In this document: positions 1-12,460 of the stretch, piece by piece
How positions within the stretch are numbered: the stretch's first letter is position 1
Layout of the letters: each line of letters begins with the position of its first letter
Origin: Blepharisma stoltei ATCC 30299
Lineage: Eukaryota; Protista; Ciliophora
Length of the DNA: 64,000 nucleotides
Assembly: GCA_965603825.1 (NCBI GenBank)
Contig: CBFDEM010000050.1
Location: forward strand, 445,058-509,057
Reading direction: 5' to 3'
The notes under the pieces: generated by a model
What the model was told of the DNA's origin: nothing
The model's database searches: none
Seen by the model: the letters and a program-made list of their open reading frames with translations, nothing else
Translations under genes and position numbers: made by a program

Positions 1-282
1 ATCTAAATAATAATTTTGATATTTTATTATAGCCTAAATTATATTGTATTTTTATATGAATTATTCCAATTATTTAGCTTTTGTATTAAAATTTATAGTC
101 ACTCTGATAAAAATAATATGCACGCATAAGAAATATATTTTATGTGCTCTATATAAAATATGCTTTACAATATCTTGAACTTATATGATAATAAAAATTT
201 TTATTAGTGTGACTTATAATTATTAGTAATTCACAATATCAAATAATAGATTCTTTATTTATTATATATTTTGAATTAATTA

Positions 283-3200
283 TTAGCTATAGATCAAGAA
301 GATAGCCGTTAAAAGATCAATCAACACTGCTCTGTCATCAATATTGCTAGTTGTCGTAATTATTATGCTTACCAAGCCCTTACCTTGTTCAGCATCAATA
401 CAAGAAGGATTAATTGGGTTGGTATTGCAAGCAGTGAAGAAGCAATAGTACTTTGTAGCAGGGGCAAGGCCAGAAACTGCAATCGGAGTACTAATTGCTG
501 ATGTAACATTGACGCATGTTCCATGTGCAGCTTCAGAATCATGATCTAGCCCATCAACAACTTGCCAAGCATAAGTAATTTTGTTTGAATAGTTATTAGA
601 GCAAGATACACATACAAGGCCTACTTGTGAGGAGGTTGCAGCAAATGTGGCCCCTGAATCATTTACTGTTGAATAAGCTGGGGCAGCTACCCAGGTCGGT
701 ACTGTACCACTCGATAGAGAAACAGGAACTCCAAAAGCTGCTGGAGCAACTCCGAAAAGTGCAGTCAGATCACTAGTGGCTCCATTTTTGTCAAGATTGC
801 TGAGAATAAACTGTGGTGAGTATTTTGGCTTACTTCTATCATAAATGATTCAATAACTGAACCTTGTATATATAGTCGTTTCTGAGCTTTCTAAAAGTCT
901 TCAAGATCCTGAAGGTGATGATGGGTTAGTGATACCTGCATAAATAAGCCAATCAGGGTTAACTCCCATGTTCTTCGCCAAGGATCGTCTAATGCTATCA
1001 CTCATACTTCCAGAAATGCTTCCCGGAAAAGTAACTGATGTAGAATATGCAGGCTGGGTTACTGAAGTTGTAAATTCGCAAGATGCAAATGCTGGGGTGC
1101 TAATTTTATCGTCAGCATATGCATAAACCTGGTAGGAAGTGCCATCCATAAGTCAGTCTAAAATTATTACGAATATCCCATTCGCAGCTTTACTGACAAC
1201 TGCTTCTGTCCATAGGTTTAGGCAGTGGTTCCTGTGAATTCTCCTGAAGAAAGAACGAGTATCAGTGTCTTTCGTATGGTCAATATGGGTCTCAGTAGCT
1301 TGATAATCAGCTGCAAGTTGTTCTGAGAGACTCAGCAGGCTAGAGCTTGGAGATACAAGACTTTGTGTCTGTGCCTGAAGATCGGCAAAGTTAAGTATGG
1401 GAGCGCCTTGGCATGCAATTCCGAAATAGATAACAGCATTTTTGCTGTATGCTGTTATTTTAATTTCAGTACCTGTAATAATACTAGAGAAAAGAAATAA
1501 ATCTGCAGGTGACGAAGAGGAATAAGATGTGACAAATAGGGATTGAGAAGTAGGCGCAATGAAAGAATTTGCATCAGTTCCAGTCAGGTAGAAATCAAGT
1601 TTAGGTTTCTGGGTGAAATCATAACTAGCATTAATTTTTAGTTCAAAGTAAAGAGTTTGGGTGTTAGATGTAAATGTAAGCGTGACAGGGTTTATAAAAA
1701 TCCCTGAAGCTGTAGTACCAAATGATGGAGTAACACTCAAATCAGATGCTGGAGCGTAAGCAAGTATTACACCAATTGGGATACTTGTGTAGCCCGCATA
1801 AAGGGTGGGAATAGTATCAACAATAATTGCAATTTTTTCAACAGCACTAACTCTAACAGTAACGACCTGAGAAGGATTATAAATGGAATTACTAACTCCA
1901 TCTTGTAGATTTTCTATTGAAGTCCATCCTATAGAGCAAGTCCCAGCGGGAGTTCCAGTCGCTACTGACACCCTGAAATATATTACTTCATCCAATTGAA
2001 ACGCAATTCAATTGTTATAGGGTGAAGTGAGTTTTATACCATTGGCTATGGTTTGGTCAAGACAATTTACTTTTGGCGTAAGGGTTAATTTTTGCGATCT
2101 TAAGCCAATATTCGATGACCCAGAGGTGAGCTTGATTGAAATATCGTCACTTTCTGTGCCAGGAATTAGCTTGATAATTTGATTATTTTCAGTTCCACCA
2201 ATGTCTACTACTGAAGGAAAAGGGTGAGTAGGATCAGTAGGATTAGTAGGATCAGTAGGATCAGTAGGATCAGTAGGATTTGTAGGATCAGTCGGATTAC
2301 TAGGGGTAGTATGATTGTACTTGCTGTATCCTAAATATCCCGAGTTAAGATTTCCATAAGTCCTCCCTGTAAGGACGTAGTTGGTTCAGTCAACTGCAAT
2401 TATATCAAATCTGTTAGATCAGTACATATATGAAGGCCCGAATGAGGAGCCAGTGATATCCCAGCCCGTATTTCTTGTCAAGCTAGAAGAGGGGTTAGTG
2501 ACATTAGTTAGCAAAATACGAATTCTGTCTGTTGTGTTGACTAAAGGGGTGACACCTAATGGAGTTAGACTTACCATATTTCTTACTACTTTGCAGGTGC
2601 AATTAGTTGTCCAATTTGCTTCAGTCATAACTGTGGCTGATGTTTCGTCAAATACCATTAATTTGCAAATTGTATATGATATGGAATTAAATTGCTGAGG
2701 GAATGTAATGTTGAAGGTATTAGCAGAGCTAAAGCTTGAAGCTGAGTTTTGAGTTAAATAGAAATCAAAATTATAATCAGATGAAGCAGCTAAGGAACTG
2801 TTTGAAATAGAAATAGGTTTAAGATTCATGTTGTTCACTGGCATAGTAGGGATTATCTTAAGATCTGTAGAAGAAGATAGGCCTTTAAGATTACCAGTTG
2901 CGCTATAGTGCCATGCTTTAAAATAGCCCATATTGAAAGGACCTGGATTTCTTACACCTCTAACAGATAAGTCTAGATACCGTAATTCATCATTTTTTGT
3001 ACTTTGCACAATGACGAACCAATGGTCTACAGTGCAATTTAAGGATTGTCCAAGTGCTCTTGAGCTGCATTCAATAAATCAGCTATTTGGATAGTCACGA
3101 TAGGACTGCTCAGAATCTCCAATATAAGGGTCAAAGTCCCTTGGAAATTGAATATAAAGATAATCGCCAAAGTTAATTCTATTTAATTCCATCAATATAA

Positions 3201-4698
3201 GCTCGAAGGTATAAGTTGAGAGCTCTCCAGCAGTTTTAATATCATTTTGGCCACTTATGTATATTGTATCCGTATTATATCCTAAAAATTTGACTGAATT
3301 TTTACCTATACCAGATGAGCCATCTATAATTTGAATTGAGTTAGGTCCCCAATAAGCAGAAATTAAAAAGTCTCCTTCTTCGTTTAGACTTGAAAACTTT
3401 ATTGCGCTATCGAGATAAATATTGATTGTGGTTCCTAAAAGTATAGGCTCAGCTAGGTACATAATAATTGTAGAACTATCAGTAACTGTGCAGCTGCTAT
3501 ATATAACATTAGCCCAGCAGTAGTCTTTAATGGTAGCTGATCATGCAGGATAAGACCAAGGCATGTCTATAGGGGTTGAAATTTCAAGATAGCTGCCATC
3601 AGGAACGTTTTTGTCGAAGTAAAAAGTAAGTAAGATATCAACTATCACGTTTCGGCAGTTTGGATATGAATTGATAGTTACATAAGAATTTCCAGGTTTT
3701 ACAGAAGCAGATGAGGTAATTCGTGTTTGAGATGCTCCAGATGAATACCAGAATTCGATTTTATCACCTTGGCTGGTTTGAGTTGATAATGAATAAAAGC
3801 AGTCTTTTTCAATGGTAGAAGATCAACTATTTGGTGGAGGTTGAACTCCATTTACCACAATAGTGTATGTCCCAATTTGAAGATCAGCATAAAGACTAGC
3901 TGTCAGGGTACTTCCAGAAACTGAATAAGATGCTGGTATTGAGGATGAGGAGTAGCCTGAGGATGGCCATGACCATGAATTTTCTAAAGCAAATTTAAGG
4001 AAACCGCCTTTTGGCACCTTAATTTTAGTAGTGAATTCAAAATTCATTGACAGATTAACAGAGTCTGCACTAGCTCCCATAATAGTATCTGAATCAGAAT
4101 AGCATTTAGGTGTGTTCAAAGCTTCTTCTTTAATGATGATATTTCCAGAATAAGATTTTGAATATATGCAATCTAATCCTGGCGAATCGGCTGCCACCCA
4201 TACATTCCAAGTACTTGAGCTAGAGTGATTTGGACTTTGTAGATTGGTAACTGCTAGATTATAATCAATCCCACCAGAAGTAGGTGCTGCAGCGCCCCAT
4301 GATGATCCATAGGCCATAATAAACCCGCCTACTCCATAGTCACTTGAAGAGCTTAAATAATATGTCGTAGAGGTAGGCGAAGTTGCCGCTGTTGCTGTGT
4401 CAACTACTACAGAATAGGAAGGAACTGAGGAAAAAGTAAATCCTGCTGATAAACCAATGCCAATCATATAGTTAGACGATATTGCAGCTGCTGAAGTGCT
4501 GCTTTTAAGTTTGTTGGATATTGTGATATCTTCTGAAGCTCCAATATACCAGGTGGAGGAATCTGAAGTTTTTGCTCCTGCTGAAGAAGATTCAAAAGGT
4601 TTAAGACTTGTTTGAATGTCCCAAGATGTATATGAAGATTTATAAAGAATTTGTTTGGCCAAAGGATCAGATGGCTGGCTAATTATAGATCCCAGTCT
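283..4698 (-). CDS. 5'-truncated paralog of the Ser/Thr-rich GPI-type surface protein at 15479-22267 (open frame ~1470 codons with TGA=Trp; first ATG at 4467; no signal peptide; possibly a pseudogene)
   Basis: ORFs 901, 1153, 2419, 3079 and 3823 share one frame and are separated only by TGA. TGA at 1153, 2419 and 3079 aligns with Trp in the paralog (LD*LMD/FDWLMD, MY*SNRFD/SYWSNRFD, PNS*F/PNNWY). Ends DDRAVLIDLLTAIFLIYS-TAA (283-285). Upstream TAG at 4699-4701; similarity begins near residue 810 of the paralog. Confidence 0.85.
2228..2302 (-). repeat. 9-bp coding tandem repeat (GGATCAGTA/GGATTAGTA on +) encoding (P-T-D/N)n
   Basis: About 8 direct copies visible; absent from the paralog at the aligned position. 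Confidence 0.9.
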
Positions 4699-4699
4699 C

Positions 4700-7600
4700 T
4701 ATTAACAATTTCCGCCCTATTGAAAAAGTCCCCATGCTCAACAGAAAAATTCTCAATAATTTAATTTAAATGCATAGCTAGCAGTATCAGAAGAACTAGA
4801 AGATAAAAAATGGCTATTGATAGTCAAAGCTCCACCATTATCTGTTACCTAAAGAATTTATAGAAATAACGCACCCTAGGTATGTCCAGCCTATTTTCTT
4901 GCATTCTCTTTCAGCAGTAACTTTGGAATTAAAGCTCGACTCTATAAGAATTTTGAATAAGATCATAAGAGATCAGAAAGGCCTATTGTTCAAAAATATT
5001 CTTAACATCTTGACTGCTCAAGCAAATGAGCTTCATAACGTTGTGAGCTCTAATAAAGTAGAAAATAGTTTGATGCAAGCAACTGCAAGGCTGTTAGAAG
5101 ATGCTTCACATAAATTTCAACTTACTGGAGAAGAACGTTGGTTTATTGAATTTTGTGAGCTTGTTTCAGATATTAAAGGTCTAAATCCCCAAGTTATTAG
5201 CGATACGGCCCATAAGCTTCTTAGCCAGCCTCCAAATTCTAACATAATTTTTTTTAATATTGAAACTATCATTTTCAGATATTTTGATATAATTCCTATG
5301 TCCCAATTTATTTATTGACGGTAATAAAATAATTCAAATTGTGCTAGATAAGCGAAAAAGATGGACTTTTAGAAACTTTCTTATTCGAATCTTTCAAGAC
5401 GAACGTTACTTGCAATCTCGGAAAAACTTATGAGTCCAAGCATCCTTATATTAGGCAAACAACAAAAGAATATATCCAAATTCCTGGTGCTTCTTTTATT
5501 AGTATCATCTTCGATTCAAATTCAAGTCTTGACCCAAGAGATGCAGCTTTTTCAGCTATGATGAATATGGTAAGAAATTAGTCGAAGAAAAGAAAATTGA
5601 AGTCACAATGTCGAGATGGAGAGAAGAACCTTGTGGTAGGAAATTCACTTTTTCAGAAGAAGCTTCACAAGTTACCAAAGTAAAAGGAAGTGGATGGGGC
5701 AACGCAATTTGGTCTGAAGACTACTCTGATGGTACAGTGAGTATCAAATTCAAGATAGAATCTGATGGAAACTCTGAGCATTGGTACATTGGAGTTTATA
5801 GGACTGAAAAGGATGTCCATGATTATGACCTAGATGAATACATAGGGTGCGAGTGTCCTCATGATGTATGGAGTTGGAAAAGAAGTGGAGAAATTCACAA
5901 GAAAGGATGGTCCAAAGATGGGTTCGAAGGATTTAAGAAGGGAGATGAAATCACAATGTTTATTGATATGAACTTAAGAGAACTGACTTTCTTTAATGGA
6001 GCTTTTGAAGTTTTCAAGTTCACAGGGCTTGCTTCTTCAGTCACCCCAGTGGTCTGCTTTGGTGCTTTGAATCAAGTCATTACTGTGCTCAGTGTTGAAA
6101 GACTCGCTGGGTCAAAAACTCTTTCTGAAAGAAGTTTGGACATTATCGGAGACTCAGTCTATTTTTGGTTCCCAGTTCATAAAACTGGTAATATTAAGCA
6201 TTTATGGGAGAGCAATCAGAATGGAGCTTCACTCAACGCGGATAAAACGACTGTCACAAATTCAACAAGTGATAAAACTTACCATGAAACAGAAGCTGAA
6301 ATGAGACACGGAAAATACTATATCGAAGTCTCTGTTGAATCCAAAGGATCTGTAGGTGTTGGATTTACCAAGAAGAGCTTGATCAATGCGAATACTATTG
6401 AAGGAAATGAACAAACTGTAATTTATTATAGCAATGGAAAAATTGGTAACACTGACAGCGCCAGCTATGACCAAAATGACGTCATTGGTAGCTATATCGA
6501 TTTTGATAAAAATGAAATTGCCTTTTATAAGAATGAAAAATTGCTAGACACTGTTCAAACTCCTCTTAATATCGAAGACTCAGAAGATTGCTTCAAATTT
6601 ATTGCTGTCTTAACAGAAGAAAACCAAAACTTATCAATCTGTAACACAGGAAAATACCCTGCTGGTGTTGATCTTATGATAATCGACTCTGAGCAAGAAA
6701 ATAATTTCTGGGGATATAAGTTCACCTTAACACCTATTTTCAAGGGAAGAAACATCAAACACATTGATTCCTATTTGACCTTTGCATCTGCTGGGGACAG
6801 AGAAAATTGGAGAAAAAACTACAAGCCTACTTATTCCAAGTTTTTCAAAGATGGCATAGCGCAGCAGTTTATTGAATTCATGGATAGATACCTTGATGCC
6901 AATTCAATTAGTTTCGATAGTATGCTGAGCAACACTGCATTGAGTATTTCTCCAGAAGAGTTAATCTTTTATCCAGACTTACAAACATTATCAGAGGCAG
7001 AGCTATTTAACTTGAAAAAAATTTTGTTTAACTTCTGCTCAAGATTCCAAAATTACTTCTATCTGTTTGATTTGCACACTGAAGCAGACGAGCCAGAAAA
7101 CTCTCTAATGAAGTTTATTAAGAAGGCTAAGTATTATTTATTATCAAAATTCAAGAAAAAAAAATTGAAACCCATCTTTATTAGTCTAAAACTGACTGCA
7201 GAATTGACATTACTATTGATAAAGCTAAATCACAAGAACTAAAAGCTAAAGGGGAAGTTGATCATTCCTCAACTGCTTCAATGTTTAGTCAAATAAGCAG
7301 AGACTTGGAAACAGCAGCAAATAAAACTCTTAGACATCCTGAAAGAATGCTCAAATTTGCATACAACCCAGAAGAAATCCAAGATGATGCAATCAAGTAT
7401 AATGAATTATTGACAGAACTTTCTAAAGAGCTTCAATCTCCATTACTTCCACTTTTGATCCCATCTCAAAATAACGTCCTTAATGTAGGCAATGGGAGAG
7501 ATAATTGAATGATCAATCCAACGTCCACTCTTCCAGCTCATATGTGTCTATTCACCACTCTTGGAAAATTCTTCGGCTCTGCAATCCGTACCGAGAATAG

Positions 7601-8357
7601 ACTGAGACTTTCACTCCCTGTTATTGTATTTAAGCATCTTCTACACGAAAACGTCACAACTGAAGATTTAAGAGACTTTGACTTCCCACTCTACAAGTTG
7701 TTACATAAATTAAGGAACCTTGAAGCCTATGGAATTACTGCGGAAAACTTCGGCCAGCACATTTCTGAGAAGTTTATAGTAAAATATGGTGAAGAAGTTG
7801 TGGAATTTTGTGAAGATGGAGCCAAAATTGACGTTACTTTTGAAAATGTTGGTCAGTATGCTGATCTATTAGAGAAACACAAATTATTTGAAAATCCTAA
7901 AGCTTATGATTCTATAAGAAAAGGTATGGCTGCTGTTGTTTCTATTGATAAATTGAGCCTATTCACAACTGCTCAACTACGTGAACTCATATGTCTGAAT
8001 CAAGAAGTCAAATTAGAAGTCTTAGAAGAGAACACGGAAAACGAGAATTGCAGAAGAACAGATCCGCACATTGAAAACTTCTGGGGAGCAATTAAATCGT
8101 TAAAAGAAAGTGAGCTTTCTAAATTTATTGACTATATAGCTAGAAGGTCTAAGCTTATTGAGTGGAACTGGCCTCATAAATTTACAATAGCTAAGCACAG
8201 TAAATCTGGAGCTGTGAATACATTGATTACTATTGTGGACAATTTCATATTCAGACTTGAACTACCAGCTTATACAACTCCAGAAATCATGAAAGAGAAG
8301 ATCATATATGAGATTTCCCACAATAGCAAGTTTGATTCTTTAGATGTAAATATTTAA
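4700..8357 (+). pseudogene. Disrupted, 5'-truncated SPRY-SPRY-HECT E3 ligase-like gene
   Basis: ESKHPY motif near 5430; two SPRY-like domains (HWYIGVY; GKYYIEV..VIGSYIDFDKNEIAFYKN); HECT motifs ELQSPLLPLLIPSQNN..NGRDN(TGA=W)MINP and LELPAYTTPEIMKEKIIY. Frameshifts near 5250-5370, 5550 and 7160, in-frame TAG near 7183; ends TAA 8357. Confidence 0.8.
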
Positions 8358-8579
8358 GATAATTAATGAAAATTAGGTTTAATTCAATATATTATATTTG
8401 AAAGCCAAAAGTATTTCTCATCTATATTTTTATTTAAGCTAAGTGATTGCATTGAATTTCTGAATATAAAATTTAAGGATTTTTCTACCTCTGCAATGTA
8501 TTAGCATATCCTTAGTCTTTATTCTTGCATTTCTGAATTTAAATTTTTCCGAATCTCGCTCTTAAGAGATGGCTTTAAT

Positions 8580-9665
8580 TTTAATAAATATTTATTTATT
8601 TTATTATAATCCCTCTCAATAGCTCTTCCACTCATATGCTATTTTAAGTAGTAAAAATAGTTTTCAATTTTTCTTGCGATTTTTGTTTTTTGTCTGACTG
8701 AATCGAATAAAAGTTCAGCTAAACTTGTGGGTCTTTGTCTTTCATATAGAATTTATTTCCTCTCATACCTTCATCTTTTTTTCTTCATTTGCTTTCCTTA
8801 TATGTCCCTTATAAGCTCTTAATGAAATTTTCTGAAATTCTTAGTGCTTAATTCAATTTTTGCTCAAAAATGCTTTGATATCATCAACACTATACTCTTT
8901 ATCAAATATAATTTGAGGGATTGGTTGAAAATCCGAAATATTGCATAATTAGCTTATACTCATCTGATCCCTATAATAAATTGAGTTTTGCTTGCTAGTT
9001 CATCAAGAAATTGAGCTAAATCACCATAATAAGCCTACTTTTTCTAGTTGAGATATACTTTTACAGCATATTTTTCGAAAACTTAGAAATTCATCCTTCA
9101 ATATAATATCTATTGAGATTATAGTAAAGATAATTTCAGATTCATTTTATCTTACAAGGTGCTGATATTTGGCTGTAATCCAATGCGAACTGTCATTTTC
9201 TTTATCTTGTCTTTTAACTTTTGTGTGATTTTTCTCTGGGCCGTTTTCTTGACATCTCTAGAATTCTCTAGTATCTTGATAAGCCTAGTAAACCTTTTTT
9301 ACCTTCTATCATTGAAACACTTCTAAGCTCTTTTTATTAATTTAAAGCTTCCTCCCAGCATTTTCTAATTTTTTGGCTTTATGAGCCTTCCGCAGTATTT
9401 TAATGCACGATTTTTCCCATTTTACCCAGGTTTTAGCTCATCCTTATGACCAGCAGAATCTTATAGATTAGCCAAGATTACCATTCTATAATCAATTTCA
9501 ATACTTCTACCACTCCGCCAGCAAAAAGTCTAATTCCTTCACAGGATCAAAGATTTATTGTTCAGGCAAAACTTTTATCATCCCTTGCTCTATTTAAGAG
9601 GAAATTTGATATCTTGAGCTATTTCAAGTTCAAATAATTAAAAGAAATTACAAATAGAACTAATG
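8580..9665 (-). pseudogene. Decayed Lys-rich 'MGK..' gene-family copy A (ATG at 9420), part of a tandem duplication
   Basis: High nucleotide similarity to 10045-11375; many stops and frameshifts. Confidence 0.6.
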
Positions 9666-9857
9666 TTATCTGCTAATTAAGAGATAAATTTGACTTTGAA
9701 AACTTAAATATTTTATAAGGCATTTATCAAATATTATTTGCTTCCTAATTTCATTTGGTTGCTTGACCTTAGAGATGCCATATACCAAACAATCTGATGC
9801 AAAATAATCCAAATATAATTAGAATCTATTAAAATTTTAAATGTAGGACTTAAAACA

Positions 9858-10036
9858 ATAAAAATCATATCTTATTATATTTTAATAAAAGTGCTTTTAT
9901 GAGCTAAAAATTTCCAAAAAAATCATTAAAGCTAATCGCCTTAATTATTTAAACTTTAATTTATCATAATAGCTATGTCAAATCTTTTGATTCAAACTCA
10001 AAATATTATCAAAATTGATCTATCCCTTTTATTATA
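9858..10036 (+). repeat. Duplicate of the upstream region (25835-26017) of the wHTH-like gene at 26059
   Basis: Shared blocks such as AAAAGTGCTTTTA, GCTAAAAATTTCCAAAAAAATCA, TCTTTTGATTCAAACTCAAA and AATTGATCTATCCCTTTTATTAT. Confidence 0.8.
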
Positions 10037-10044
10037 GTTATAAT

Positions 10045-11375
10045 TTTAATAAATATTTATTTATTTTAATTTAATCCCCTCTCAATAGCTTTTCAACTCA
10101 AATGCTATCTTAAGCGTTAAGAAAAGTTTTCAAAATTTTTCTTGCGATTTTATTTTCCTTTCCCTTTCAGTCTCACTAAATCAAATACAAGTTCAGCTAA
10201 TCTTATGGATCTTTGTCTTTCCCATATAGAATTTTATTTCTCTCATACCTTTCATCTTTTTCTCTTCATTTGCTTTCTTTATCTGTCCCTTATAAGCTCT
10301 TCATGAAATTTTCTGAAATTCTTAGTGCTTATTTCAATTTTGCTTAAAGATACTTTGATGTCATCAACACTATGCTTTTGAAAATCAGGATAGTTTTGTT
10401 TTCTTATACTCTTTATCAAATAAAATTTGAGGGATTGGTTGAAAATCCCAAATATTATATAATTAGCTTATTCTCATCTGATTGCTATAATAAACTGAGT
10501 TTAGCTAGCTAATCCATCAAAGAAATTGAGCTAAATCACTATAATAAGCTTACTTTTTCTAGTAGAAATATACTTTTAGAGCATATCTTTCGAAAACTTA
10601 GAAATTTATCCTTCAATATAATATCTATTGAGATTGCAGTGCAAATTCATTTGATCTTATGAGGCGCTGATATTTGGTTGTAGCTTGAAAATATTAATTA
10701 TATTTTAATCAAAGCCCTAATATCAACTTCTTTTAATATTTAACAAACGCAGATGCTTTGAATAGCCTGAGCAAGTATAATCCAGATGTGAACTGTCATT
10801 TTCTTTATCTTGTCTTTTTAACTTTTATGTGATTTTTCTCTAAGCCTTTTTCTTGATATCTCTAGAATTCTCTAGTATTTTGATAAGCCTAGTAAACTTT
10901 TTTTACCTTCTTTCATTCAGGTATTTCTAAGCTGTATTTCTAATTTAAAGCTTCTTCACAGTATTTTCTAATTTTTTGGCTTTATAATCCTTCCGCAATG
11001 TTTTAATACACTATTTTTCCCATTTTACCCAGGTTTTAGCTCATCCTTATGACCAGCAGAATCCTATAGATAAGTCAAGATTACAAATCTAAAACCAATT
11101 TCTGTACTTCTACCACTCCACCAGCAAAAAGTCTAATTCCTTCACAGGATCAAAGATTTGTTGTTCAGGCAAAACTTTTATCATCCCTTTAAAGATCAAT
11201 AGCAAGTTTTAGACTGTGAGGACAATGATTTTACAGCATTTAATTATATGAAAAAGTAGTTTCCAGCTTGATTCCTTAATTTTGAAAGCTTTTTGCTCTA
11301 TTTAAGAGGAAATTTAATATCTTGAACTATTTCAAGTTCAAATAATTAAAAGAAATTACAAATAGAACTAATGTT
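10045..11375 (-). pseudogene. Decayed 'MGK..' family copy B (ATG at 11023), direct duplicate of 8580-9665 with three extra segments
   Basis: Colinear match to copy A (e.g. CCCAGGTTTTAGCTCATCCTTATGACCAGCAGAATC in both). Confidence 0.65.
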
Positions 11376-11499
11376 TTTAGTAAGGATTTTTAGCTTACAG
11401 CTTGACTTAATAAAATAAAATTAATACGTATTGATAACACAATTGAAGATTTTAAAAGTCGCAAAAAAACTACAGATATTTATTCTAATAAAAATAATT

Positions 11500-12460
11500 T
11501 TGTTTGTATTCCCCAGATAATATAAAAATCTCTTATCTCCTATTGAAAATATTTACATCGGACAGCGCTCACTCAATTCTTTATTTTTGAGATCAAATTC
11601 CACCAGCTCATTCCGTGTTCAAGTGAAATAAATCTTATCCTTAAATCTGACTGCATGAAACGTCACAATGTGCCTTCCAGAAGTTTTCCTACTTTTTTTG
11701 CCATCATCTAATGCTATTGATTTCGCTTTGATAAATATTTCCATAGCTCAATAATATATACTCGATTGTCAGCAGAAAAAATAATTTTACTCTGATGATT
11801 CATTGAGAATCCTGAATTTTTATAAAAACAATTTTTTGTGATGTCGTAATAATAAAGCTGTTTGATTAAATTTTGAACTATTAATATACAGCCTTGAAAA
11901 GAAATAGAGAGGATAATTGAAACTCACAACGGGAAGAGGAGTTAGGGTTGCTCATTCTTCTGTTTCTATATTAAATTTAAGTGATACTGAGTCAAAATTA
12001 CCTCCAAATGCATATATATAGTTATCATAATAAGCTAAACAAGGTTTTTGTGTCGGAATCCCTGATGCAAGCTGCTTTATGGACTTCTTATAATCAATAA
12101 TAAAGGCTTCACCTATAGGAGGACGATATACTCCAGGGTCAAACCTCCATAAAAGAAAGTTGAGCGATTAGTTGGAATAAGTCCAGAAGAACAGCTTCTT
12201 AATATATGAGGAAGTTTAGTTACAATTGATAAGGTTTTTTCTTCTAAATTTCAATTAAATAACTCATCTGAATCTTCTTTTATATATATGAGTTCATGAT
12301 TGCCAGATTCGTATAATTTTGTTTTCTTTATAATTGATTCAGCAGCTTGCTTCAAGTGCTTGGAAGTTGCAATGATTGCACAGAGTTCTCGATGATTGAG
12401 AAAGGCCACTCTGCTTTCTCATTAGTTAAATGACATAGAAACTAGGCAAGCTTCTTTCAT
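11500..12460 (-). pseudogene. Decayed Kelch-type beta-propeller gene
   Basis: Reads KQLASGIPTQKPCLAYYDNYIYAFGGNFDSVSLKFNIETEE(TGA=W)ATLTPLP; stops and frameshifts elsewhere; 3' boundary approximate. Confidence 0.7.

Noticed and set aside
5570-5581. GTAAGAAATTAG as an intron repairing the HECT gene
   Set aside because: Only 12 nt, below the 15-16-nt class, and it reads well as coding sequence (YGKKLVEE) in the downstream frame.
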